A DNA stretch of 64,000 bases from Paraglomus brasilianum (taxonomy: Eukaryota). Location: positions 1 to 64,000 of the forward strand of contig CAJVPI010000053.1 in assembly GCA_910592345.1 (NCBI GenBank), in the 5' to 3' direction. The position numbers and the translations under genes are program-made. The notes beneath the pieces were generated by a model. That model searched no databases and was not told where the DNA came from. It worked only from the letters and a program-made list of their open reading frames with translations. This document shows, one piece after another, positions 1 through 12,503 of this stretch. The first letter of the stretch is position 1; the number at the start of each line of letters is the position of its first letter.

Positions 1-3000
1 AATTTACTCCCTTAATTGTAGTGTGTAGAAAGCAGTCATAACTGAAAGTAGACGTTTACTAGAAAACAGGAATTAAGCGCATCGTGGCCACAGCATGCGA
101 CGTTTACCCGTCAGAACCCCGGCCCTGACTTCGGTAGACGCGCCTGTTGTGAACGTTCTTCAATGGTCCTTGACTATGATGATATGGTTACTCATCAATT
201 CTCTTTGTTATTATTAGTACCGAACGGGTCGATACCAAAGTAGGCTTCTTGAAGTCACCGCACGACATCATCAGAGACTTGACCGACGGTATCACAAAGA
301 TTCAACGGAACGATCGTAAGTCATGTTCTGCCTACAAAGGTATTTGCAAGCTATGCTTGCTTACGCGTAGGCTGTTCATATTCTCGTATTTCAGATTTCC
401 CGACATGTTGTTAGAATTATTATTTTTAGGATAATATTAATGCTTACATTATATGCAGCATTTTATATATCCATAGCTTTATGATACATTCTGCTTATGG
501 ATATATTATCCGATCAATACTCACACACATTTATAATCGTAGCTAGATTGGAGAAAGGTTGATATATCGCATATGCTGTTTCTTTTTATGCGTATCGAGT
601 AACCGAGCATAATCTTCCACTTTGATATACGTATAATAAAAAGTGGAGAATGGCTCTTAGGCGAGACATTGTAATGGTTTTAGATTTACGCACGGCGATT
701 TGCATCGAAATAATTGGTACAAGTTTTAGTATTACGGTTATAGACTATTTTGATCTAATCATACGGGTATAGCTTTTAGCATTACGGTTAGACCTAAATA
801 TAGTCTTTTTTTATCTAACCTTTGCACTGAAGTATTGGTACAAGTATTAACATTACGGTTAGACTGTAAATATAGACTATTTTGAAAGACATTGCTTCTA
901 CTAACTATGATAGAAACATCTTGTATGAAATAATAAAAATGTATGCGGAGGGAATAGTGTGTAAAACACTGATGGAATTTAACAGCGAAAGTGTAACCAT
1001 ATATAATAATTTATAAACCACGTATATGAAGTTAATAATCAAGGGACAACAACAGTAAATATGATATACTCAGACTGGTCGATAAACGACTTGTCATGCT
1101 AAACTCTGAAAAATAGTATATTCAATCATAAGTCGTTTATGAAAATGCCAGCTTATGCTTCAGTATTTTAACGATAGAACTGCATGTTCATGTACGGTTA
1201 TTATTTTTGTTCAGGACAAAGAGTTCTTCATGCCGCAGTAGTTAAAAATCCAGTATTTTGTGCGTCAAAAAGATTTAGATTTCCCGAAATATTCATCGTT
1301 TTAATTGGTACTACGCTAATCTCAGTAGATAAGCCCGCCCACGTGATAATTGTAATAAAGTGGATCCTATAAGATTGTTAAGTATTTTACTCTCTGTAAA
1401 TGCAAACTTCCGCAAATGCAAGCCATGCCATATGGTCCCGATGCATTACATTTCGAGAAATTTCACTGTACGTATTACCATTCCTTCAATGTTAACTGGT
1501 TGATCGCAACTCGCACGGTAACCGATGTAAAAAGTAATAAAATAAAAGAGTCGAAAATTAGCTGCAAGTATTGCTACAGTCTTTAGAAGCGTAACCCTTC
1601 AAAAGCCTGAGGTAAATGATTTAACAACAATATGCATTAAAACATCGTACAATTAGAGCAATATGATCATACAATTAACCAGCATGTCATTGGAATCATA
1701 ATATTAAGGTAACTATTTACAATAATCAAATGATAAGCGCAAATAGTTCTGATGAAAGATGTGCAACGTCAGGTAAGAAAAAGGCAAGTCGATTCTGTCG
1801 ATCGTTAAGGGTTATAATACAAACACAGGTGAATGCACAAACATACTGTATGAGGAAACCGCGCCCAACTGAAAGCCGAAATAACTAGCGACGATAGAAA
1901 GTTCTGTATTACAGTTTCATATTCCATCATCCGGCATAAAAAAACTCGCGTTGAACTTATACCAACGTTTTTAAAGGTATACGATAACCGGTCAAGTTAT
2001 CGAAGATTACCTCAACACAATTGAGCTTTTGCACAAAAATTCGGCTATAAATCGATAATCAAAACTGCGGATTATCATACGCAGTTCTAACAACAAAGAA
2101 ACACCTGCAAGAATGCTCCACTGTCTTATAACTTTTTCAGCAAAAAAATTTTCCTATGACTGGAGAAACAAACGTCATAGCTCGTCTGCGTATTTGGCTA
2201 TTCAATTAAATCGAATTACATAGCTACTTGACACTTTAGCGTTCATTTCGTAATAAAGAGCGCAAACATCCCTGTGTAATTTACAGTAAGCTCGAACGTT
2301 TTATTATACCGTAAATGTAACAATTCGAAAGTTTTTTTAATTCGAACACGAAAATCAAATAGAATATTTTCAAAAAATCTATAAATTGATTTAATATTCA
2401 AACTTTACTGAAATTCGACGACTATAAACTTTAATGCTTGATTAGTGATTTACCGAACGCATTAACATGATATTTCTTTGATGTAACGATAATTTAAATA
2501 ATTGGCGGAGCAAACCAAAATTTTATTTCTTTTTCGAGAAAAAAAAAGATAGCTGCCAGCTGATATTTTAAATTGGGAGAGGAAACGGAGGTGTTGTGGG
2601 TTGACAAAACAAAAAAATAAATAAATTGAGATAGTAATGACAGTTGTCTTGGTGATTTGAAATACATTATGTCACAAGGAAAGAATACTGCAGCGCAATT
2701 TTTTTCTTATAAATACACACACTGTGTCGTGGGCTTGATTATACGTAACAGTTATGTAAAAACGGTTGTATAAATTTCCTATAAAGCTTACCAGAAGAAG
2801 TAATTAAGGGAAAGTCTGAAATTTTAATATGGGAAATGATGGACGCGAATAACGAATGGGAATGCATCATTGGCAAAACAGTGCATCAAGAGATAAAGGT
2901 AGATATTTATTATACGTTAATAATATATGACATAACTGTATATTGTTAGGCAGTCCCTAGATTTATTCAAGTTATTGTGTATTAATGCAGAAAGCGGCGG

Positions 3001-3252
3001 ATGATTAGTGTTTACAATGCTATATAGTCGTAGAAAAATACCCAAATTGGATCTATGGTTTAGTAAATATATTTGAAAACAGCTGATATTGTATGCAATT
3101 TATTATTAGGCAAGTTGCTCTTAGAAGTTAGCATTAGATTTGCCTTTCACTCTTACACAAAAAAGTTACATGACTACAACTTCTTGATCAATTGAACAAT
3201 TCATTAAAAATACCCCTCTGCATTTAGGGCTGCCTGCTAAATTAAATATAAA

Positions 3253-4444
3253 TCAACCGTAAAATGAGTAGCAGTGACAGCAGGTGGGCTTGTGGCAGAA
3301 TATGTCCCTATTGCTGGGAACTCCCCTCACAATCGGGGGGTCCCAGAAGACTTCTGACACTGGAATAGTAATTTGGTAAGCGGGAAGGCCTGCACTAGCG
3401 CAAGTAGTACTGGTATCAGTTCCATTCAAAGAGTTCCGAAATCCCACTGTTATATTTACAAAAAAAAAACCAAGCATCTGACTTTGGTCACAAAAAATAC
3501 TAGCAAACAAATCAAACTTACCGTTTGCACGAACACTCCTAGTACAGTTGGTACTGGTGTATTCACTGCTATGCCATGCGAGTCCATAACTTTGTCTAAA
3601 TATTAAAAAAAATTTTAAAATTTGCTATCATAGAATGTTAAACAGTAACAAGACATACTATCATCGATCGATTAAACCGTCCGCGTAGTCCTTCGTTCAT
3701 AGAGCTTGATCCCCAGTGCATATCTTACATACTGTTGTTTCATTCAGCGCTCGCATTTGTTCTCTAATAACTCAAGACTTTGTGACATAGCTACCTCACA
3801 CTATTCGTGCATGAGGATTTGCCTAGCAATCAAATTAATGTCAATAAAGTACACTCACAACAGTATGATACATATCAAACTCAAATTACATCAGCGTCTA
3901 CGGGAGGAATTAGCTAATCTGGACGTGTAACAGGTCGCATAGTGAAAGTAGGAGGTGCTTGAACGTGCACTTTATTTGGTCTAATAGAAAGATCCGGTGC
4001 AATTTTCTTCATCTTTCTAGAGGTTGGATTATAATGAACTGTGGAAAGATATAAAAATATAGCAAACTATGATAATCAACACGAAACGAAACTAAAAAGG
4101 AATTATTGGCGGGTTATCAACAACACCTCCATTGGCTTGGTGGAAGAAATGTGACAGCCGCATAACCACCTCTTCGTGCACTTCTAAAGCCATATCAACT
4201 TTAAACAGTTTTCCGTCCCTAGCCAACTCAAACTTGTATCCAGGTGCTTCTTGGCGTTCAATAAAGTTATTGTATATCTTCGCTGACACACCTGAGCCAA
4301 TCTGTAAAGGCAAGCTACAATCGTACAAAAATCAATATTCGATTGATCTTAGGATCAACCTGCGTGGCCTTACTACCTGTCCTCTGTGGCAAGCCTTTCT
4401 CTTGCCTTCCGAAAATTTCTGTCTAGAATATACTGATCAAACAT
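3253..4444 (-). pseudogene. Degenerate Uma2/DUF820-like PD-(D/E)xK restriction-endonuclease-fold gene
   Basis: Minus strand: MFDQYILDRNFRKARERLATED, a GT-AG intron, then SLPLQIGSGVS..YKFE..DMALEVHEEVV..APDLSIRP..PHARIVCEVAMSQSLELLENKCER*MKQQYVRYALGIKL..YQITIPVSEVFWDPP. PD and EVA motifs are visible, with an in-frame TGA near 3746 and broken frames. Family call is from motif recall. Confidence 0.6.
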
Positions 4445-5448
4445 TGGGGTAACTGAAAAGGATGGTGAAAAATACAGCGGTGTCTAAATGATTGTTCACT
4501 TTATCATCAAAGTATGTGATTAATTAAATTAGAATACGTGAGATAGTATCGATAGTAACCTTTGCTTTTTTCGACTCAAAGTAACACAATCGTCGAGAAT
4601 TTGCGCAGTGCAGATCATTCTTGACAGCTAATATTAGCTAGTCCTTAAATATCGAAAATTCTCGACAGACACACAAAGTCGCCTTATTTATCCAAAAATC
4701 TTGACAGTTTAGTGCAACAATAATTAGTTATATATCGGGTCGTAGACGATAGCTAAAAATCATCTCGAATAGATCATATCTTCAGCAAGACGTTGCTATT
4801 AGGATAGTTCTCTTATTTCTAATAAAAATTCAATTCAATCATAAATAATATTATTTCGTTTATTACCTGATAAGAAGTGTAAAACGCTTTCCCCGTCATC
4901 GGCGAATAGGATTGATACTTGCCAATCAATTCTATGTAGTGCTTTTGCGTCAGGATTATTGTTTAATAGTTTAGATAAGATAATTCCCCGAACCGATAGG
5001 CTTTGAGACTAATCCCATCAAAGAAATCGAAGTGATTACTCGAGGTTAAACAATAATCTAGGGACAGCGTATACAAGACCGATAATATACAGATCGTGAG
5101 TATAAATCCTAGTTTATCAAACATCTTTCTGCTTTGTGGCGCGGGCTTATGAGTACCTACCTCCCCATTAACTTACCTACTTGCCAAATCCGTCACGTCA
5201 CGGAACAGCTTGTTTGATAAAATAGCCAATTACTATTAATGTTAGATGATACGTTATGCATAATCCTGCAATAAACAAATACTTATTATACTTGTTGCAT
5301 GTATTGTGATATGATTATATCGAGCATTATCATATACACTAGACATATCATCAGCTCTTGATTTGTAATCGCACGCGTGACCTACAATTGTTTGTGAAAC
5401 ATATAATCGCCTCGCCTCCGTACGATTGATTCGCCAAATTCAGTAAAT

Positions 5449-8084
5449 ATGTCCTTGAGTCAATCGCCTAACAACGTATACAGAGAGTGGTTAGCTCTGA
5501 GCATCGAAGAAGGCTTTATCAGACAATATGCAGAAAATGACCTCATTGATCGTACACTTCTCGGACATAATGAATATGGCGTTGTATACAAAGCCAAAAT
5601 AAGGCAGTCTAGAGTACCAGTCGCAATGAAAACTTTATTTCTAAACCGTTATGGTTGTGAAGAAGAACTGTATAAACAGTTTGTCAAAGAGGTAGCACTG
5701 GTTATTTATTGTTCTAATTGTTGCATGCTGGTTAAACCGTAATCTATAATGTAAATGTACATACAATAGTTGACAACCCACCAGCAAGTGGATAATCATC
5801 CGAACCTTATACGGTTCTTAGGAATAAGTCAGGAAGGTATGTTAAGCAATATTGGATATCCAATCCAGTTTACTGTATACTTTATAAAGTCTCTCTTAAC
5901 TTTATAATTTAAACAGATCTATCTGGTCATTACCACATGGTCCTTGAATATGCAGATGGTGGAACTTTGTGTGAACACCTACAGAAATACTTCCCTAATC
6001 TGACATGGAACGACAAGTACAAGCTGGGAGTGGAGATTACTGAAGGATTGATGCATTTACATAGTCTTGAAATTATTCACAAGGACTTGGTATGTTTTTT
6101 TTTTACTTAACTGTTATATAAATATATTTGATATACAATTACCATCATACACTAATCTTGGCACATTTGTGTCATATGGAATTAGTCACCAACAAATATT
6201 CTTATTCAAGGAGGGATTGCAAAAATAACTAACTTTGGGTTGTCCACTGCCCTCAAACAAATTATGTCTGCATCAAAAAGTGAAGGAAATACTAATACAG
6301 CATATATTGATCCATTATTTTTTGAGGACAGTTCTTTTAGACATGGGAAAAAATCAGATATTTTCAGTCTTGGAGTAATACTTTGGGAGATTTCAAGTGG
6401 GAAACTTCCATGTCAAGGGGCTACCACAGATTATGAAATTTTCTTATACAGATTGAATGGTTATCGTGATTCTCCCTTTCCTGGAACATCTGAGTACTAT
6501 ATCAATCTATATTCAGAATGTTGGGATGAAAATCCTGATAAACGGCCAGCATGTGAAAAAGTAAATAACATACTAAAGTCATTAATAACTCATATGCAAT
6601 CATTAGTTTGCACATTAGATCTGAGTAGATGTAAAATTGGGAACACAGGAACAACAGCTTTGGCAAAGGCTCTGGAGACTAATTTCTCTTTCACATCTCT
6701 GGATACAGTTTATAATGAGGTTAAGATTGGATATGCCAGAGCTAAAGCAGCAATAAAAAAGGTTTTGGAATCAAAGTCTCATTTGACATCTCTAAATTTA
6801 AGTCATAATAAGATAGGGGATATAGGAGCAACAGCTTTGGCAAAAGCTTTGGAATCAAATTCTTGTTTGACATCTCTAAGTTTAAATGTATCTCAAATAG
6901 GAGATACAGGAGCAACAGCTTTGGCAAAGGCTCTGGAATCAAATTCTTGTTTGATATCTCTAAGTTTAAATGCATCTCATATCGGAGATACAGGAGCAAC
7001 AGCTCTAGCAAAGGCTCTGGAATCGAATTCTTGTTTGACAACTCTAAATTTAGGTTGGAATAAAATAGGAGATATAGGAGCAACAGCTTTGGCAAAGGCT
7101 TTGGAATCAAATTCTTGTTTGACTTCTCTAAGTTTAGAATGGAATGAAATAAGAGCTACAGGAGCAACAGCTTTGGCAAAGGCTCTGGAATTAAATTCTT
7201 GTTTAATATCTCTAAATTTAGGTTGGAATAAAGTAGGAGATACAGGAACAATAGCTTTGGCAAAGGCTATAGAATCAAATTCTTGTTTGACATCTCTAAA
7301 TTTAGGTTGGAATAAAATAGGAGATACAGGAACAATAGCTTTGGCAAAGGCTTTGGAATCAAATTCTTGTTTGACATCTCTAAATTTGTATTGGAATAAA
7401 ATAGGAGATACAGGAACAATAGCTTTGGCAAAGGCTTTGAGATCAAATTCTTGTTTGACATCTTTAAATTTAGTACATAATGAGGTAGGAGATATAGGAG
7501 CAACAGCTTTAGCAAAGGCTCTAGAATCAAACTCTTGTTTAACTTTTTTGAATTTAGAACATAATAACATAGGAGATACAGGAGCAACAACTTTGGCAAA
7601 GACTCTGGAGTTATACTCTTGTTTAACTTTTTTGAATTTAGAATGTAATAAGATAGGAGATGCAGGAGCAACAGCTTTGGCAAAGGCTCTGGAATCAAAT
7701 TCTTGTTTGACATCTCTAAATTTAAATTCAAATCAAATAGGAGATATGGGGGCAACAGCTTTGGCAAAGGCTCTGGAATCAAATTCTTGTTTGACATCTC
7801 TAAGTTTAGACTGGAATAAAATAGGAGATACAGGAGCAACAGCTTTGGCAAAGGCTCTGGAATCAAATTCTTGCTTGATATCTCTAAGTTTAAATGCATC
7901 TCAAATAGGAAATACAGGAGCAACAGCTCTAGCAAAGGCTCTAGAATCAAATTCTTGTTTGACATCTCTAAATTTAAATTCAAATCAAATAAGAGATACA
8001 GGAGCAACAGCTTTGGCAGATGCTCTAAAATCAAATTCACACTCAACAAGAGAAAAGATTAAGAAGTTTTTAGTAGAATTTTGA
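5449..8084 (+). CDS. TKL-type protein (pseudo)kinase with C-terminal ribonuclease-inhibitor/NLRC3-like LRR array
   Basis: Exons 5449-5691, 5770-5836, 5917-6089 and 6186-8084 join in frame over GT-AG introns. Kinase motifs: VAMK, FVKE, HPNLIRFLG, MVLEYADGGTL, HKDLSPTN, NFG, YIDP, SDIFSLGVILWE, CWDENPDKRP. These are followed by 17 LRRs of about 28 aa. Confidence 0.93.
6786..8045 (+). repeat. Coding tandem array, 15 x 84 bp (28-aa LRR), preceded by 2 degenerate units
   Basis: Consensus TSLxLxxNxIGDTGATALAKALESNSCL; DNA units are nearly identical (ggagcaacagctttggcaaaggctctggaatcaaattcttgtttgacatctct). Confidence 0.97.
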
Positions 8085-8263
8085 ACTAAAAATTCTTTGT
8101 TGATATTAATATAGATAATAAAATACTGAATCTTATACAATAATACATGATCAGATTGTTATGCAGCCAGTTAATAGTCCATTTTGTCTAACTTCAGCTC
8201 AAAGTTTTCAGGCATAAAGATTAATTCAAACTGCTATTATAATTAGAGGCAGAAATTTCTATA

Positions 8264-8455
8264 TACACAGTGAAAGTTGATACACCGGACTGTTCGGGAC
8301 CTGCGTTTTAATCCATAATATTGCCGGTCCGTAATATCGACTTGTGAGTTTTATATCAGATATTATTTAGTAAACAAATTTTGTTCCAGAGAAAAGGTCC
8401 GTTTTATTGACGGTCCGTTATATCGATGGTCCGTTATATCGACTTTCACTGTGTA
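8264..8455. mobile_element. MITE, Tc1/mariner-pogo type
   Basis: Left end tacacagtgaaagttgatacaccggac versus reverse complement of right end tacacagtgaaagtcgatataacggac; internal repeats of gtccgt(t/a)atatcga; no coding capacity. Confidence 0.8.
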
Positions 8456-9889
8456 GTCAGGTGTGAAAAGATTTGCACCTCAAAAAGAGGCTAACAAGCA
8501 TAGCATAAAATTTATGTATTAAGCAGACATCTTTTTACTTAAATTGTATCAATACATATTCGGGATATAAAAATATAAAATCGATTCATCATTATCAGAG
8601 CCATTATAGTGTTAGGCGAGTCTATCTGATGAATCAGATCGGCAAGTTAATCTTCCTTTCCTTTAATGTCGATCGATTAGTTCTTAATATTTAGTAATAC
8701 CACAAAATATCGCTATTTATTGCAGATGTCCATAGCCACTTTTCGGCAATCGATTCTAAATTTAGACGTTGCCCTAAATCTGCAGAGAATTATCGGCCGA
8801 GAAAAGATATAAATGAGTCAAATTCCATCATCAAGCTGATATTTGTCATATATAGTTACCAAGGCTTTTTGTAATAAACGCTTTTGGAAATCAATTCACT
8901 TTTATTTTCTAAAAGAGTTTAGAGTTATGCAATACGGACCATCAATTTGAACGAAAACGTTCAAAAGATATTGGCACACGCAATTACGCGAATAGCGCAA
9001 AGCATCAATCTATTGACACAACTAGACTCAGCCCTTCTTATTGATAAACGTATAAAGTAAATAATATTGAGTAACGGGAATGTTGACTAGTCAACACTTA
9101 CACTAAGCTCTGAGTTTGATTAAAAATTAATTTTTCCTTCGACTTAGTGACTATTAAACTGTTGTTGTTTGACAATCGTTAGTCCCTTATTTAGATATTA
9201 GAAACTACATCGTATAGGGCGCGAATAACTAATTATTAACAATAGGTCATTTGAAGCATAGCTCAGTCTTATTATCACGTAGGTTATAAAATAAATTATT
9301 CAAAGGTTTTACTTATTAGGTTGCCAATAGGGTGGTTTACATAAATTTGGAAACGTTGGACGAGTTTTACATACATGTAAACGCGGTGATTACATATACA
9401 ACATATTGAAATAAAATAGTGTTATGTAATGTTATAGCGAGTTGCGGATAAATTACATAGACAAGCCGCGTGGTTTTACCCGTTTTTTTTCAGCATATTC
9501 TGTGTAAAATTTTAAGACTAGTTGGCGCACACAGCCAGCATTAAATCATTCAACAAAAATCCATCGTTACCTGATTGTAGTATCGGGTTTTGATGAAGTA
9601 ATTACGTATTCATATCATCCTCGAACTGATTTACAGTGAATTAAATAAGTTCCAAATCATAAACACAAATTTACTTGGAATTCATAGAAACAAGATAATT
9701 ATTTTGAAATGTGCCAACATTAAGGAAACTATCAATTTGTGGTTAACTTATTTATGTGCTTGATGGCGAATTTCTGGTTTCAATAAACACAGAACCGATT
9801 GACATTATACACTACTTTCATGAAATATTATAGGCTATGGTTCATATCACTTACAGTATTACATGGGTTGTCTGAAAAGTTTAACAATA

Positions 9890-10447
9890 CAGTGTGTGAC
9901 AAAAAAAGTTGCCGTTTTATTATAACTTTCTGCCACCAATTTTAGCACAAAACGCGTCATGTAAAAACTAAAATAAAGCTCGTGTTTACGGCTTACTTTG
10001 TGTTCCATTGCATCCCGCGTGTTATTTTGTGTCTTTGGAAAATACACTCTGTAAATATCTTCACAATGACAAGAAAATAAGTTTATTACATTTTTGGAAG
10101 CAGGGCATACGTTCTGGCCTGCTAACAGTCCAGGCTTAAACCCCATTGAGAATCTATGGAGTATAGTTAAAAGAAATGGATGCCACAAAATTTGAATAAT
10201 TTAGAAAGGATGATGGTGGAGGAGTGGGATAATATTCCTGATGGGACTATAATAAATTTAGTTAAGTCAATGAAAAATCGTTGTCGACTAGTTATTGAAA
10301 ATAATTGAGAAAGAATTAATTATTAAAATTAATAAATAAAATCTGCTTGTTTTAAGCTTTAAATTGATATATTTACTGTGTAATTTGATGCACTGGTTGC
10401 AAATCTACAAGACATTTTAGTGCGGCAACTTTTTTCGTCACACACTG
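9890..10447 (+). mobile_element. Internally deleted Tc1-family DNA transposon
   Basis: TIRs cagtgtgtgac(a/g)aaaaaagttgccg with TA on both sides. Transposase C-terminal remnant WPANSPGLNPIENLWSIVKR..ERMMVEEWDNIP..LVKSMKNRCRLVI at about 10114-10310. Confidence 0.92.
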
Positions 10448-10963
10448 TATATATTTATCTTAATGATTAGTGCAACTACTCAAATAAAGTAATAATGTAA
10501 TTAAAGTTCAGGTCCGCTTTCTGCTAAATTATATGCCAATTTGTATATTTCCTCTGGGTCAAGATTTTCTTCATTTTCCTTAATAAATTGAGAAAGCTTT
10601 TTAACGGGATCTCTTCCCATAACACGCCCCCAGAAGCTTGCACGGGGATAAGAGCGTATGTTTGTTTTTTATTAAATCCTAATTTCTGGATTTGACTAAT
10701 TCTTTGGCGTAACTGCTAAGCTTAGCTACGCTCATCTGAAGGGTTAGGTCGTATTGATTTACGAAATTTGTATCAATTTTCGACATTGTCTTATGGGATG
10801 ATTGTGCGGATTGTAACTATGGAAAATAATTTTTCAATTCAAAAATAATTATCGGGTCAAAATTGAATACACTGCAAAAAAAATTCCGTCAAATTAAGGA
10901 CAAACATTTCTTATTATTATTATTTATTCCGCCGTACACTGTGGTACCATCAGAATATGATTC

Positions 10964-11426
10964 CGTACAATAATTAAATAAATATTCGATTAATTTTAGA
11001 GTCAACCTGCGTGATGTCTACTACCTGTCCTCTGTGACAAGCTTTTTTCTTGCCTTCCGAAAGTTCCTGTCTAGAATATACTATCAAACATTGTAACTGA
11101 GAAGGATGGTGATATATATCAGTATAGCGGTGCGGTATTTAAATAATTATCATCAAAACACGTGATTACCGTAGAGCGCTGACTAAAGTACCCCACTGTA
11201 AAGTACCCCCACCATATAAGGTAAAAGATTGTGGCTTATAATAACCAAGAATAGAATAGATGAGTGTCATAGTGTGTTCTAGATTGATTGAATTGTTGTT
11301 AGCAAAATTTGAGAAATATAATTCTGTACCCCGGGTACTTTACATGGATACATAGTACTCTGTCCATAGTACCCCCCGAGTAAAGTACCCCCTTTTAGTC
11401 AGCGCTCTACGATAATTAAATTAGAA
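10964..11426 (-). repeat. Diverged duplicate of 4322-4537 (5' end of the Uma2-like pseudogene), interrupted by a MITE
   Basis: Shared blocks include caacctgcgtg, ctacctgtcctctgtg, cttgccttccgaaa, ctgtctagaatatact, aggatggtga and taattaaattagaata. Confidence 0.85.
11169..11412. mobile_element. 244-bp MITE with TA target-site duplication
   Basis: Ends ccgtagagcgctgactaaa ... tttagtcagcgctctacga, TA on both sides, internal aaagtacccc repeats; an empty paralogous site lies at about 4516-4535. Confidence 0.9.
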
Positions 11427-11979
11427 TAGTAATAGACTCTCGTGAATAAATTACCATGATATGATTATGATTATACACTGTGATTACTGCTAGACAACCC
11501 CCTAAAGTTTAGATTTATGTGACGCTTGTCGATTATTCGAAGGGGTCTGTTTAGATAATCTGATTTGCCTTACCAGCTGCAGTTATGATGCTATTTAGAG
11601 ATCGTATGTTTTAAGCTTTTAGCAAAAAAGGATTGTAAGTCAGGCAACCACAAAGAAATAGAACGATAATTGGTTTCGAAAATTGTATGCTAGTCAAAAC
11701 AATTAAGATCTTCAACAAAAAAGGAATCCAGCAATCACAAAGAATGAATAATTTGAATGTCGAAATCGTATGATGATCAAAATCATTAGGCTTTAACAAA
11801 AAAGGATTGTAAGGTAGTCGCTTTCAAAAGACTTTCTGGAGTCGTATGATAAATTCAACAATGACATAGATTCATGAATACTAACGTTGCTGTATTGACA
11901 ATGCTCTCCGTTGTTTTATATAAGTAAAGCCCAACTCTCTTCCATTTCGCATTGTCAAAAATTTACATAGTGTACAAAC

Positions 11980-12503
11980 ATGTCCAATGATTGTTTTAAC
12001 TTCATCTCTTGTGCCAAATTTGATGAATTGGTGGAGAATTACTTGTATAATACATCACCCGATCGTCGCGCAAAAGCCACTCTGACTCAAGAAATTGTAA
12101 ACCAGACGATTAAAATTCTGATACAAGTACAAATCCACGATACAAACACTGGGTACTGCAAACGTTCAGCATTATGCATATTGGCGAAACAACAAATATG
12201 TACGATGTGTAGTCTGTTCTATACATCAAGATTTACAACACGCTGGCTACAAAAAGACATTCGAAGAACTCAAACACCAATACAGTTACGTTCCCAGAAA
12301 ATTAATTGTTGCATTTATTAATGCACAAATCGACGGCCAATAATATCTGCAAAACCCAATATATTGCCAATGAATTTATGTCGCGGGTTCAAGTGGATTT
12401 GATCGATTTGAGAATTCGACCGGATGGTGATTATAAATATACAGCTCACGCTAGAGATCATTTCACCCGTTTTTCCTGGGCAACAGTGTTAAAAAATAAG
12501 TAA
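11980..12503 (+). pseudogene. Frameshifted rve integrase remnant (KRBA2/SCAND3/Ginger-like)
   Basis: EFMSRVQVDLIDLRIRPDGDYKYTAHARDHFTRFSWATVLKNK matches the start of the integrase core; the upstream part is broken by frameshifts and the core is truncated by a stop. Confidence 0.75.

Noticed and set aside
6786..8045. CRISPR-like repeat/spacer appearance
   Set aside because: The units are in-frame protein repeats in a spliced eukaryotic gene; there are no unique spacers or cas genes.
6742..8062. Long antisense and alternative-frame ORFs over the LRR array
   Set aside because: By-products of an in-phase 84-bp repeat lacking stops in some frames; no independent coding signal.
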